Source: Flaccisagitta enflata
Taxonomy: Eukaryota
Assembly (NCBI GenBank): GCA_965153355.1
Contig: OZ231126.1
Coordinates: 3,596,001 to 3,660,000 of the forward strand
Length of the DNA: 64,000 nucleotides
Direction: 5' to 3'
Shown here: in pieces, positions 34,501 through 49,500 of the stretch
How the letters are laid out: each line of letters begins with the position of its first letter
How positions within the stretch are numbered: position 1 is the first letter of the stretch
Notes under the pieces: generated by a model
Database searches by the model: none
The model's input: only the letters and a program-made list of their open reading frames with translations
What the model was told of the DNA's origin: nothing
Made by a program: the position numbers and the translations under genes

Positions 34501-37500
34501 GTCCAAATCTGTTTTTGAGCGGGGCCATTTGTTTGAAACCTAAGAGAGGGAGTCACTACAGCTGTTTCAACATGATCTAAGATGTTGAGCGCAACGAATA
34601 TAGGAAAAAGAGCAATGATAACTGAGACGTGGGGAAAGGCCTTAGTTTGTTGGGGGCTTTCACTCTTTAAACAGTGTTGAGTAGTAGACTTTATGTCAAA
34701 AAATGGAGAAAAATGTCATTTTTCAAAACAATATTTCAATTTCTATCATAATCAAGCAATAAATCAAAATAAAATACCTTTAAACAGTTTTTAGTCGCGT
34801 GCACGCGACTTCACAACCCGTCGGTCCGTCGGTCGGTCGGTCCGTCCGTAACACTTTGCTTTTTTGTCGTTTTTGTCATTTTGGGTTGTCTGGAGTTATT
34901 TTGAATCATTTTTTGGTTTTATGAGAATTATTGGTTGTTTTTGGTCATTTTTTATCATTTTTGGTCATTTTTGGTCATTTTGGTCATTTTGGTCATTTTG
35001 GTCATTTTGGTCATTTTGGTCATTTTTGGTCTTTTTTGATCATTTTTAGTCGTTTTTGGTCATTTTTGGTCATTTTTGGTCATTTTTGGTTATTTTTGGT
35101 CATTTTTGGTCATTTCGGTCAAGGTTTCGGTCTGCTGGTTTAAGTCTGCTGGTTTAAGTCTGCTGGTTTAAGTCTGCTGGTTTAAGTCTGCCGGTCTAAG
35201 TCTGCTGGTTTAAGTCTGCTGGTTTAAGTCTGCTGGTTTAAGTCTGCTGGTTTACGTCTGCTGGTTTACGTCTGCTGGTTTAGGTCTGCTGGTTTAAGTC
35301 TGCTGGTTAAAGTCTGCTGGTTTAAGTCTGCTGGTTTAAGTCTGCTGGTTTAAGTCTGCTGGTTTGTTGGCTGGTTTACGCCTGCTGGTTTACTCGCTGG
35401 TTTAAGTCTGCTGGTTTAAGTCTGCTGGTTTAGGTCTGCTGGTTTAGGTCTGCTGGTTTAAGTCTGCTGGTTTAAGTCTGCTGGTTTAAGTCTGCTGGTT
35501 TAAGTCTGCTGGTTTAAGTCTGCTGGTTTAAGTCTGCTGGTTTAAGTCTGCTGGTTTAAGTCTGCTGGTTTAAGTCTGCTGGTTTGGGTCTGGTTTGGGT
35601 CTGGTTTAAGTCTGGTTTAAGTCTGGTTTAAGTCTGGTTTAAGTCTGGTTTAAGTCTGGTTTAAGTCTGGTTTAAGTCTGGTTTAAGTCTGGTTTAAGTC
35701 TGGTTTGAGTCTGGTTTGAGTCTGGTTTGAGTCTGGTTTGAGTCTGGTTAAAGTCTGGATTGAGTCTGGCTTGAGTCTGGTTTAAGTCTGGTTAATGTCT
35801 GGTTTAAGTCTGGTTCATGTCTGATTTATGTCTGGTTTAGGTCTGGTTTAGGTCTGGTTACGGTCTGGTTTTGGTCTGGTTTAATTCTGGTTTGATCCTG
35901 GTTTGAGTCTGGTTTGAGTCTGGTTTGAGTTTGGTTTGAGTCTGGGTTGAGTCTGGTTTGGGTCTGGTGTAAGTCTGATTTTCAATAAAAAGATACAATA
36001 AGGAGTCAGGTCAGTTCAGTTATTTTTGTCCTGCACGCGACTTATAGGTGTTGGCCTTGTTTTAAAAAAATTCATGTCACCTTGCCCCTTATATGGGTGT
36101 AAACCAGCAGAAATCCCAATTTTCCCACTTCAAAAGGATATCACTGTAGCCCAACTAGGAAATCCAATGAGATGTAAAAATTCAAGCTGCTGACTGCTCA
36201 AACATTGTTCTTTCACTGAACCTTGTCAAATTTGTTCAATCTTTCCATTAACGCCTTCATTTCGACCCAGAAAGTTCACACATACTGAATAACAACCCTC
36301 ACACCAAAGCTAAAATCTTGCCTCACAACAATTGCAGGCCCCAAATCTTTTTAACACTATCAATAGAATGGCCAGAGACAGCAACTCTATGAGTTTAAAG
36401 GAATTCCACGCGGCCAAAGTAGAGCAATCTCATTTTATATGTTAAAATCGATAAAAATCAATGTTTTTGCATACTACTAACGTTTCAGAAATGACGCTCT
36501 AGTCCCTGTCCAAATCTGTTTTTGAGCGGGGCCATTTGTTTTAAACCTAAGAGAGGGAGTCACTACAGCTGTTTCAACATGATCTAAGATGTTGAGCGCA
36601 ACGAATATAGGAAAAAGAGCAATGATAACTGAGACGTAGGGAAAGGCCTTAGTTTGTTGGGGGCTTTCACTCTTTAAACAGTGTTGAGTAGTAGACTTTA
36701 TGTCAAAAAATGGAGAAAAATGTCATTCAAAAAATTTCATTTTTCAAAACAATCATTTCAATTTCTATCATAATCACTGCAATAAATCAAAATAAAATAC
36801 CTTTAAACAGTTTTTTTTAAAAAATTCATGTCATTTTGCATATGCGTTACATTCAATTTTGCACATGGTTACGTTAAGGAAATAGAATCGAGTTTATTTA
36901 CTGGATATCTGCCGGTTAACGACAAGCTTGGTCATCTGGACTTAAATGCTTCAACTTCCGGTCAAAGTTCCGTCTGCTGCTTAAGTCTGCCTTTTAAGTC
37001 TCCAAGTTTAAGTCCTGATCAACAAATCTGGTTTAACTGCTGGAAAAGTCTCAAGGTCTCCCTTGCTGGTTTCTCTGCTGCTTTCTTTGGTTTCTTTTTT
37101 CTTTTTCTTTCTCGTTTAAGTCTGGTTTAAGTCTGGTTTAAGTATGGTTTAAGTCTGGTTTAGGTCTGGTTTAAGTACGGTTTTAGTCTGGTTTAAGTCT
37201 GGTTTAAGTCTGGTTTGAGTCTGGTTTGAGTCTGGTTAGAGTCTGGTTTGAGTCTGGTTAAAGTCTGGATTGAGTCTGGCTTGAGTCTGGTTTAAGTCTG
37301 ATTAATGTCTGGTTTAAGTCTGGTTCATGTCTGATTTATGTCTGGTTTAGGTCTGGTTTAGGTCTGGTTACGGTCTGGTTTTGGTCTGGTTTAATTCTGG
37401 TTTGATCCTGGTTTGAGTCTGGTTTGAGTCTGGTTTGAGTTTGGTTTGAGTCTGGGTTGAGTCTGGTTTGGGTCTGGTGTAAGTCTGATTTTCAATAAAA

Positions 37501-40500
37501 AGATACAATAAGGAGTCAGGTCAGTTCAGTTATTTTTGTCCTGCACGCGACTTATAGGTGTTGGCCTTGTTTTAAAAAAATTCATGTCACCTTGCCCCTT
37601 ATATGGGTGTAAACCAGCAGAAATCCCAATTTTCCCACTTCAAAAGGATATCACTGTAGCCCAACTAGGAAATCCAATGAGATGTAAAAATTCAAGCTGC
37701 TGACTGCTCAAACATTGTTCTTTCACTGAACCTTGTCAAATTTGTTCAATCTTTCCATTAACGCCTTCATTTCGACCCAGAAAGTTCACACATACTGAAT
37801 AACAACCCTCACACCAAAGCTAAAATCTTGCCTCACAACAATTGCAGGCCCCAAATCTTTTTAACACTATCAACAGAATGGCCACAGACAGCAACTCTTT
37901 GAGTTTAAAGGAATTCCACGCGGCCAAAGTAGAGCAATCTCATTTTATATGTTAAAATCGATAAAAATCAATGTTTTTGCATACTACTGACGTCTCAGAA
38001 ATGACGCTCTAGTCCCTGTCCAAATCTGTTTTTGAGCGGGGCCATTTGTTTGAAACCTAAGAGAGGGAGTCACTAAAGCTGTTTCAACATGATCTAAGAT
38101 GTTGAGCGCAACGAATATAGGAAAAAGAGCAATGATAACTGAGACGTAGGGAAAGGCCTTAGTTTGTTGGGGGCTTTCACTCTTTAAACAGTGTTGAGTA
38201 GTTGACTTTATGTCAAAAAATGGGAAAAAATGTCATTTTTCAAAACAATATTTCAATTTCTATCATAATCAAGCTATAAATCAAAATAAAATACCTTTAA
38301 ACAGTTTTTAAAAAAAATATCATGTCACCTTGCCCCTTATATGGGTGTAAACCAGCAGAAATCCCAATTTTCACACTTCAAAAGGATATCACTGTAGCCC
38401 AACTAGGAAATCCAATGAGATGTAAAAATTCAAGCTGCTGACTGCTCAAACATTGTTCTTTCACTGAACCTTGTCAAATTTGTTCAATCTTTCCATTAAC
38501 GCCTTCATTTCGACCCAGAAAGTTCACACATACTGAATAACAACCCTCACACCAAAGCTAAAATCTTGCCTCACAACAATTGCAGGCCCCAAATCTTTTT
38601 AACACTATCAACAGAATGGCCACAGACAGCAACTCTTTGAGTTTAAAGGAATTCCACGCGGCCAAAGTAGAGCAATCTCATTTTATATGTTAAAATCGAT
38701 AAAAATCAATGTTTTTGCATACTACTGACGTCTCAGAAATGACGCTCTAGTCCCTGTCCAAATCTGTTTTTGAGCGGGGCCATTTGTTTGAAACCTAAGA
38801 GAGGGAGTCACTACAGCTGTTTCAACATGATCTAAGATGTTGAGCGCAACGAATATAGGAAAAAGAGCAATGATAACTGAGACGTGGGGAAAGGCCTTAG
38901 TTTGTTGGGGGCTTTCACTCTTTAAACAGTGTTGAGTAGTAGACTTTATGTCAAAAAATGGAGAAAAATGTCATTTTTCAAAACAATATTTCAATTTCTA
39001 TCATAATCAAGCAATAAATCAAAATAAAATACCTTTAAACAGTTTTTAGTCGCGTGCACGCGACTCTACAACCCGCTCCGTCGGTCCGTCGGTCGTCGGT
39101 CCGTCCGTAACACTTTGCTTTTTGTCGTTTTTTGTCATTTTGGGTTGTCTGGAGTTATTTTGAATCATTTTTTTGGTGTTTTTGAGAATTATTGGTTGTT
39201 TTTGGTCATTTTTTATCATTTTTGGTCATTTTGGTCATTTTGGTCATTTTGGTCATTTTGGTCATTTTGGTCATTTTTGGTCATTTTGGTCATTTTTGGT
39301 CATTTTTGATCATTTTTGGTCATTTTTGGTCATTTTTGGTCATTTTTGGTTATTTTTGGTCATTTTTGGTCATTTGGTCAAGGTTTCGGTCTGCTGGTTT
39401 AAGTCTGCTGGTTTAAGTCTGCTGGTTTAAGTCTGCTGGTTTAAGTCTGCCGGTCTTAAGCTGGTTTAAGTCTGCTGGTTTAAGTCTGCTGGTTTAAGTC
39501 TGGTTTTAAGTCTGCTGGTTTAAGTCTGCTGGTTTAAGTCTGCTGGTTTAAGTCTGCTGGTTTAAGTCTGCTGGTTTAAGTCTGCTGGTTTAAGTCTGCT
39601 GGTTTAAGTCTGCTGGTTTAAGTCTGCTGGTTTAAGTCTGCTGGTTTAAGTCTGCTGGTTTAAGTCTGCTGGTTTAAGTCTGCTGGTTTAGGTCTGCTGG
39701 TTTAGGTCTGCTGGTTTAAGTCTGCTGGTTTAAGTCTGCTGGTTTAAGTCTGCTGGTTTAAGTCTGCTGGTTTAAGTCTGCTGGTTTAAGTCTGCTGGTT
39801 TAAGTCTGCTGGTTTAAGTCTGCTGGTTTAAGTCTGCTGGTTTGGGTCTGGTTTGGGTCTGGTTTAAGTCTGGTTTAAGTCTGGTTTAAGTCTGGTTTAA
39901 GTCTGGTTTAAGTCTGGTTTAAGTACGGTTTTAGTCTGGTTTAAGTCTGGTTTAAGTCTGGTTTGAGTCTGGTTTGAGTCTGGTTTGAGTCTGGTTTGAG
40001 TCTGGTTTAAGTCTGGATTGAGTCTGGCTTGAGTCTGGTTTAAGTCTGGTTTAAGTCTGGTTTAAGTCTGGTTTATGTCTGGTTTATGTCTGGTTTAGGT
40101 CTGGTTTATGTCTGGTTTCGGTCTGGTTTTGGTCTGGTTTAGGTCTGGTTTGATTCTGGTTTGAGTCTGGTTTGAGTCTGGTTTGAGTCTGGTTTGAGTC
40201 TGGTTTGAGTCTGGTTTGGGTCTGGTTTAAGTCTGATTTTCAATAAAAAGATACAATAAGGAGTCAGGTCAGTTCAGTTATTTTTGTCCTGCACGCGACT
40301 TATAGGTGTTGGCCTTGTTTTAAAAAAATTCATGTCACCTTGCCCCTTATATGGGTGTAAACCAGCAGAAATCCCAATTTTCCCACTTCAAAAGGATATC
40401 ACTGTAGCCCAACTAGGAAATCCAATGAGATGTAAAAATTCAAGCTGCTGACTGCTCAAACATTGTTCTTTCACTGAACCTTGTCAAATTTGTTCAATCT

Positions 40501-43500
40501 TTCCATTAACGCCTTCATTTCGACCCAGAAAGTTCACACATACTGAATAACAACCCTCACACCAAAGCTAAAATCTTGCCTCACAACAATTGCAGGCCCC
40601 AAATCTTTTTAACACTATCAACAGAATGGCCACAGACAGCAACTCTTTGAGTTTAAAGGAATTCCACGCGGCCAAAGTAGAGCAATCTCATTTTATATGT
40701 TAAAATCGATAAAAATCAATGTTTTTGCATACTACTGACGTCTCAGAAATGACGCTCTAGTCCCTGTCCAAATCTGTTTTTGAGCGGGGCCATTTGTTTT
40801 AAACCTAAGAGAGGGAGTCACTAAAGCTGTTTCAACATGATCTAAGATGTTGAGCGCAACGAATATAGGAAAAAGAGCAATGATAACTGAGACGTAGGGA
40901 AAGGCCTTAGTTTGTTGGGGGCTTTCACTCTTTAAACAGTGTTGAGTAGTAGACTTTATGTCAAAAAATGGAGAAAAATGTCATTTTTCAAAACAATATT
41001 TCAATTTCTATCATAATCAAGCAATAAATCAAAATAAAATACCTTTAAACAGTTTTTTTAAAAAAAATTCATGTCACCTTGCCCCTTATATGGGTGTAAA
41101 CCAGCAGAAATCCCAATTTTCACACTTCAAAAGGATATCACTGTAGCCCAACAAGGAAATCCAATGAGATGTAAAAATTCAAGCTGCTGACTGCTCAAAC
41201 ATTGTTCTTTCACTGAACCTTGTCAAATTTGTTCAATCTTTCCATTAACGCCTTCATTTCGACCCAGAAAGTTCACACATACTGAATAACAACCCTCACA
41301 CCAAAGCTAAAATCTTGCCTCACAACAATTGCAGGCCCCAAATCTTTTTAACACTATCAACAGAATGGCCACAGACAGCAACTCTTTGAGTTTAAAGGAA
41401 TTCCACGCGGCCAAAGTAGAGCAATCTCATTTTATATGTTAAAATCGATAAAAATCAATGTTTTTGCATACTACTGACGTCTCAGAAATGACGCTCTAGT
41501 CCCTGTCCAAATCTGTTTTTGAGCGGGGCCATTTGTTTGAAACCTAAGAGAGGGAGTCACTACAGCTGTTTCAACATGATCTAAGATGTTGAGCGCAACG
41601 AATATAGGAAAAAGAGCAATGATAACTGAGACGTGGGGAAAGGCCTTAGTTTGTTGGGGGCTTTCACTCTTTAAACAGTGTTGAGTAGTAGACTTTATGT
41701 CAAAAAATGGAGAAAAATGTCATTTTTCAAAACAATATTTCAATTTCTATCATAATCAAGCAATAAATCAAAATAAAATACCTTTAAACAGTTTTTAGTC
41801 GCGTGCACGCGACTCTACAACCATCCGTCGGTCGGTCGGTCGGTCCGTCCGTAACACTTTGCTTTTTGTCGTTTTTGTCGTTTTGGGTTGTCTGGAGTTA
41901 TTTTGAATCATTTTTTGTGTTTATGAGAATTATTGGTTGTTTGGTCATTTTTGGTCATTTTTGGTCATTTTGGTCATTTTGGTCATTTTGGTCATTTTGG
42001 TCATTTTGGTCATTTTTGGTCTTTTTTGATCATTTTTAGTCGTTTTTGGTCATTTTTGGTCATTTTTGGTCATTTTTGGTTATTTTTGGTCATTTTTGGT
42101 CATTTCGGTCAAGGTTTCGGTCTGCTGGTTTAAGTCTGCTGGTTTAAGTCTGCTGGTTTAAGTCTGCTGGTTTAAGTCTGCTGGTTTAAGTCTGCCGGTC
42201 TAAGTCTGCTGGTTTAAGTCTGCTGGTTTAAGTCTGCTGGTTTAAGTCTGCTGGTTTACGTCTGCTGGTTTACGTCTGCTGGTTTAGGTCTGCTGGTTTA
42301 AGTCTGCTGGTTAAAGTCTGCTGGTTTAAGTCTGCTTTTTTAAGTCTGGTTTTTTTTAAGTCTGCTGGTTTATGTTTTTTTGTATGTTTTGGTCATTTAT
42401 GTTTGCTGGTTTAAGTCTGCTGGTTTAAGTCTGCTGGTTTAGGTCTGCTGGTTTAGGTCTGCTGGTTTAAGTCTGCTGGTTTAAGTCTGCTGGTTTAAGT
42501 CTGCTGGTTCAAGTCTGCTGGTTTAAGTCTGCTGGTTTAAGTCTGCTGGTTTAACTCTGCTGGTTTAAGTCTGCTGGTTTAAGTCTGCTGGTTTGGGTCT
42601 GGTTTGGGTCTGGTTTAAGTCTGGTTTAAGTCTGGTTTAAGTCTGGTTTAAGTCTGGTTTAAGTCTGGTTTAAGTACGGTTTTAGTCTGGTTTAAGTCTG
42701 GTTTAAGTCTGGTTTGAGTCTGGTTTGAGTCTGGTTAGAGTCTGGTTTGAGTCTGGTTAAAGTCTGGATTGAGTCTGGCTTGAGTCTGGTTTAAGTCTGA
42801 TTAATGTCTGGTTTAAGTCTGGTTCATGTCTGATTTATGTCTGGTTTAGGTCTGGTTTAGGTCTGGTTACGGTCTGGTTTTGGTCTGGTTTAATTCTGGT
42901 TTGATCCTGGTTTGAGTCTGGTTTGAGTCTGGTTTGAGTTTGGTTTGAGTCTGGGTTGAGTCTGGTTTGGGTCTGGTGTAAGTCTGATTTTCAATAAAAA
43001 GATATAATAAGGAGTCAGGTCAGTTCAGTTATTTTTGTCCTGCACGCGACTTATAGGTGTTGGCCTTGTTTTAAAAAAAATTCATGTCACCTTGCCCCTT
43101 ATATGGGTGTAAACCAGCAGAAATCCCAATTTTCCCACTTCAAAAGGATATCACTGTAGCCCAACTAGGAAATCCAATGAGATGTAAAAATTCAAGCTGC
43201 TGACTGCTCAAACATTGTTCTTTCACTGAACCTTGTCAAATTTGTTCAATCTTTCCATTAACGCCTTCATTTCGACCCAGAAAGTTCACACATACTGAAT
43301 AACAACCCTCACACCAAAGCTTAAATCTTGCCTCACAACAATTGCAGGCCCCAAATCTTTTTAACACTATCAACAGAATGGCCACAGACAGCAACTCTTT
43401 GAGTTTAAAGGAATTCCACGCGGCCAAAGTAGAGCAATCTCATTTTATATGTTAAAATCGATAAAAATCAATGTTTTTGCATACTACTGACGTCTCAGAA

Positions 43501-46500
43501 ATGACGCTCTAGTCCTTGTCCAAATCTGTTTTTGAGCGGGGCCATTTGTTTGAAACCTAAGAGAGGGAGTCACTACAGCTGTTTCAACATGATCTAAGAT
43601 GTTGAGCGCAACGAATATAGGAAAAAGAGCAATGATAACTGAGACGTGGGGAAAGGCCTTAGTTTGTTGGGGGCTTTCACTCTTTAAACAGTGTTGAGTA
43701 GTAGACTTTATGTCAAAAAATGGAGAAAAATGTCATTTTTCAAAACAATATTTCAATTTCTATCATAATCAAGCAATAAATCAAAATAAAATACCTTTAA
43801 ACAGTTTTTAGTCGCGTGCACGCGACTCTACAACCCGCTCCGTCGGTCCGTCGGTCGGTCGGTCCGTCCGTAACACTTTGCTTTTTTTGTCGTTTTTTGT
43901 CATTTTGGGTTGTCTGGAGTTATTTTGAATCATTTTTTTGGTGTTTTTGAGAATTATTGGTTGTTTTTGGTCATTTTTTATCATTTTTGGTCATTTTTGG
44001 TCATTTTGGTCATTTTGGTCATTTTGGTCATTTTGGTCATTTTTGGTCTTTTTTGATCATTTTTAGTCGTTTTTGGTCATTTATGGTCATTTTTGGTTAT
44101 TTTTGGTCATTTTTGGTCATTTCGGTCAAGGTTTCGGTCTGCTGGTTTAAGTCTGCTGGTTTAAGTCTGCTGGTTTAAGTCTGCTGGTTTAAGTCTGCTG
44201 GTTTAAGTCTGCCGGTCTAAGTCTGCTGGTTTAAGTCTGCTGGTTTAAGTCTGCTGGTTTAAGTCTGCTGGTTTACGTCTGCTGGTTTACGTCTGCTGGT
44301 TTAGGTCTGCTGGTTTAAGTCTGCTGGTTAAAGTCTGCTGGTTTAAGTCTGCTGGTTTAAGTCTGCTGGTTTAAGTCTGCTGGTTTAAGTTGGCTGGTTT
44401 ACGTCTGCTGGTTTACGTCTGCTGGTTTAAGTCTGCTGGTTTAAGTCTGCTGGTTTAGGTCTGCTGGTTTAGGTCTGCTGGTTTAAGTCTGCTGGTTTAA
44501 GTCTGCTGGTTTAAGTCTGCTGGTTCAAGTCTGCTGGTTTAAGTCTGCTGGTTTAAGTCTGCTGGTTTAACTCTGCTGGTTTAACTCTGCTGGTTTAAGT
44601 CTGCTGGTTTGGGTCTGGTTTGGGTCTGGTTTAAGTCTGGTTTAAGTCTGGTTTAAGTCTGGTTTAAGTCTGGTTTAGGTCTGGTTTAAGTACGGTTTTA
44701 GTCTGGTTTAAGTCTGGTTTAAGTCTGGTTTGAGTCTGGTTTGAGTCTGGTTAGAGTCTGGTTTGAGTCTGGTTAAAGTCTGGATTGAGTCTGGCTTGAG
44801 TCTGGTTTATGTCTGATTAATGTCTGGTTTAAGTCTGGTTCATGTCTGATTTATGTCTGGTTTAGGTCTGGTTTAGGTCTGGTTACGGTCTGGTTTTGGT
44901 CTGGTTTAATTCTGGTTTGATCCTGGTTTGAGTCTGGTTTGAGTCTGGTTTGAGTTTGGTTTGAGTCTGGGTTGAGTCTGGTTTGGGTCTGGTGTAAGTC
45001 TGATTTTCAATAAAAAGATACAATAAGGAGTCAGGTCAGTTCAGTTATTTTTGTCCTGCACGCGACTTATAGGTGTTGGCCTTGTTTTAAAAAAAATTCA
45101 TGTCACCTTGCCCCTTATATGGGTGTAAACCAGCAGAAATCCCAATTTTCCCACTTCAAAAGGATATCACTGTAGCCCAACTAGGAAATCCAATGAGATG
45201 TAAAAATTCAAGCTGCTGACTGCTCAAACATTGTTCTTTCACTGAACCTTGTCAAATTTGTTCAATCTTTCCATTAACGCCTTCATTTCGACCCAGAAAG
45301 TTCACACATACTGAATAACAACCCTCACACCAAAGCTAAAATCTTGCCTCACAACAATTGCAGGCCCCAAATCTTTTTAACACTATCAACAGAATGGCCA
45401 CAGACAGCAACTCTTTGAGTTTAAAGGAATTCCACGTGGCCAAAGTAGAGCAATCTCATTTTATATGTTAAAATCGATAAAAATCAATGTTTTTGCATAC
45501 TACTGACGTCTCAGAAATGACGCTCTAGTCCCTGTCCAAATCTGTTTTTGAGCGGGGCCATTTGTTTGAAACCTAAGAGAGGGAGTCACTACAGCTGTTT
45601 CAACATGATCTAAGATGTTGAGCGCAACGAATATAGGAAAAAGAGCAATGATAACTGAGACGTGGGGAAAGGCCTTAGTTTGTTGGGGGCTTTCACTCTT
45701 TAAACAGTGTTGAGTAGTAGACTTTATGTCAAAAAATGGAGAAAAATGTCATTTTTCAAAACAATATTTCAATTTCTATCATAATCAAGCAATAAATCAA
45801 AATAAAATACCTTTAAACAGTTTTTAAAAAAAAAAATTCATGTCACCTTGCCCCTTATATGGGTGTAAACCAGCAGAAATCCCAATTTTCACACTTCAAA
45901 AGGATATCACTGTAGCCCAACAAGGAAATCCAATGAGATGTAAAAATTCAAGCTGCTGACTGCTCAAACATTGTTCTTTCACTGAACCTTGTCAAATTTG
46001 TTCAATCTTTCCATTAACGCCTTCATTTCGACCCAGAAAGTTCACACATACTGAATAACAACCCTCACACCAAAGCTAAAATCTTGCCTCACAACAATTG
46101 CAGGCCCCAAATCTTTTTAACACTATCAACAGAATGGCCACAGACAGCAACTCTTTGAGTTTAAAGGAATTCCACGCGGCCAAAGTAGAGCAATCTCATT
46201 TTATATGTTAAAATCGATAAAAATCAATGTTTTTGCATACTACTGACGTCTCAGAAATGACGCTCTAGTCCCTGTCCAAATCTGTTTTTGAGCGGGGCCA
46301 TTTGTTTGAAACCTAAGAGAGGGAGTCACTACAGCTGTTTCAACATGATCTAAGATGTTGAGCGCAACGAATATAGGAAAAAGAGCAATGATAACTGAGA
46401 CGTGGGGAAAGGCCTTAGTTTGTTGGGGGCTTTCACTCTTTAAACAGTGTTGAGTAGTAGACTTTATGTCAAAAAATGGAGAAAAATGTCATTTTTCAAA

Positions 46501-49500
46501 ACAATATTTCAATTTCTATCATAATCAAGCAATAAATCAAAATAAAATACCTTTAAACAGTTTTTAGTCGCGTGCACGCGACTCTACAACCCGCTCCGTC
46601 GGTCCGTCGGTCGGTCGGTCCGTCCGTAACACTTTGCTTTTTTTGTCGTTTTTTTGTCATTTTGGGTTGTCTGGAGTTATTTTGAATCATTTTTTTGGTG
46701 TTTATGAGAATTATTGGTTGTTTTTGGTCATTTTTTATCATTTTTGGTCATTTTTGGTCATTTTGGTCATTTTGGTCATTTTGGTCATTTTGGTCATTTT
46801 TGGTCTTTTTTGATCATTTTTAGTCGTTTTTGGTCATTTTTGGTCATTTTTGGTCATTTTTGGTTATTTTTGGTCATTTTTGGTCATTTCGGTCAAGGTT
46901 TCGGTCTGCTGGTTTAAGTCTGCTGGTTTAAGTCTGCTGGTTTAAGTCTGCTGGTTTAAGTCTGCTGGTTTAAGTCTGCCGGTCTAAGTCTGCTGGTTTA
47001 AGTCTGCTGGTTTAAGTCTGCTGGTTTAAGTCTGCTGGTTTACGTCTGCTGGTTTACGTCTGCTGGTTTAGGTCTGCTGGTTTAAGTCTGCTGGTTAAAG
47101 TCTGCTGGTTTAAGTCTGCTGGTTTAAGTCTGCTGGTTTAAGTCTGCTGGTTTAAGTTGGCTGGTTTACGTCTGCTGGTTTACGTCTGCTGGTTTAAGTC
47201 TGCTGGTTTAAGTCTGCTGGTTTAGGTCTGCTGGTTTAGGTCTGCTGGTTTAAGTCTGCTGGTTTAAGTCTGCTGGTTTAAGTCTGCTGGTTCAAGTCTG
47301 CTGGTTTAAGTCTGCTGGTTTAAGTCTGCTGGTTTAACTCTGCTGGTTTAAGTCTGCTGGTTTAAGTCTGCTGGTTTGGGTCTGGTTTGGGTCTGGTTTA
47401 AGTCTGGTTTAAGTCTGGTTTAAGTATGGTTTAAGTCTGGTTTAGGTCTGGTTTAAGTACGGTTTTAGTCTGGTTTAAGTCTGGTTTAAGTCTGGTTTGA
47501 GTCTGGTTTGAGTCTGGTTAGAGTCTGGTTTGAGTCTGGTTAAAGTCTGGATTGAGTCTGGCTTGAGTCTGGTTTAAGTCTGATTAATGTCTGGTTTAAG
47601 TCTGGTTCATGTCTGATTTATGTCTGGTTTAGGTCTGGTTTAGGTCTGGTTACGGTCTGGTTTTGGTCTGGTTTAATTCTGGTTTGATCCTGGTTTGAGT
47701 CTGGTTTGAGTCTGGTTAGAGTTTGGTTTGAGTCTGGGTTGAGTCTGGTTTGGGTCTGGTGTAAGTCTGATTTTCAATAAAAAGATACAATAAGGAGTCA
47801 GGTCAGTTCAGTTATTTTTGTCCTGCACGCGACTTATAGGTGTTGGCCTTGTTTTAAAAAAAATTCATGTCACCTTGCCCCTTATATGGGTGTAAACCAG
47901 CAGAAATCCCAATTTTCCCACTTCAAAAGGATATCACTGTAGCCCAACTAGGAAATCCAATGAGATGTAAAAATTCAAGCTGCTGACTGCTCAAACATTG
48001 TTCTTTCACTGAACCTTGTCAAATTTGTTCAATCTTTCCATTAACGCCTTCATTTCGACCCAGAAAGTTCACACATACTGAATAACAACCCTCACACCAA
48101 AGCTAAAATCTTGCCTCACAACAATTGCAGGCCCCAAATCTTTTTAACACTATCAACAGAATGGCCACAGACAGCAACTCTTTGAGTTTAAAGGAATTCC
48201 ACGCGGCCAAAGTAGAGCAATCTCATTTTATATGTTAAAATCGATAAAAATCAATGTTTTTGCATACTACTGACGTCTCAGAAATGACGCTCTAGTCCCT
48301 GTCCAAATCTGTTTTTGAGCGGGGCCATTTGTTTGAAACCTAAGAGAGGGAGTCACTACAGCTGTTTCAACATGATCTAAGATGTTGAGCGCGAATATAG
48401 GAAAAAGAGCAATGATAACTGAGACGTGGGGAAAGGCCTTAGTTTGTTGGGGGCTTTCACTCTTTAAACAGTGTTGAGTAGTAGACTTTATGTCAAAAAA
48501 TGGAGAAAAATGTCATTTTTCAAAACAATATTTCAATTTCTATCATAATCAAGCAATAAATCAAAATAAAATACCTTTAAACAGTTTTTTTAAAAAAAAT
48601 TCATGTCACCTTGCCCCTTATATGGGTGTAAACCAGCAGAAATCCCAATTTACCCACTTCAAAAGGATATCACTGTAGCCCAACTAGGAAATCCAATGAG
48701 ATGTAAAAATTCAAGCTGCTGACTGCTCAAACATTGTTCTTTCACTGAACCTTGTCAAATTTGTTCAATCTTTCCATTAACGCCTTCATTTCGACCCAGA
48801 AAGTTCACACATACTGAATAACAACCCTCACACCAAAGCTAAAATCTTGCCTCACAACAATTGCAGGCCCCAAATCTTTTTAACACTATCAACAGAATGG
48901 CCACAGACAGCAACTCTTTGAGTTTAAAGGAATTCCACGCGGCCAAAGTAGAGCAATCTCATTTTATATGTTAAAATCGATAAAAATCAATGTTTTTGCA
49001 TACTACTGACGTCTCAGAAATGACGCTCTAGTCCCTGTCCAAATCTGTTTTTGAGCGGGGCCATTTGTTTGAAACCTAAGAGAGGGAGTCACTACAGCTG
49101 TTTCAACATGATCTAAGATGTTGAGCGCAACGAATATAGGAAAAAGAGCAATGATAACTGAGACGTGGGGAAAGGCCTTAGTTTGTTGGGGGCTTTCACT
49201 CTTTAAACAGTGTTGAGTAGTAGACTTTATGTCAAAAAATGGAGAAAAATGTCATTTTTCAAAACAATATTTCAATTTCTATCATAATCAAGCAATAAAT
49301 CAAAATAAAATACCTTTAAACAGTTTTTAGTCGCGTGCACGCGACTCTACAACCCGCTCCGTCGGTCCGTCGGTCGGTCGGTCCGTCCGTAACACTTTGC
49401 TTTTTTTGTCGTTTTTTTGTCATTTTGGGTTGTCTGGAGTTATTTTGAATCATTTTTTTGGTGTTTATGAGAATTATTGGTTGTTTTTGGTCATTTTTTA

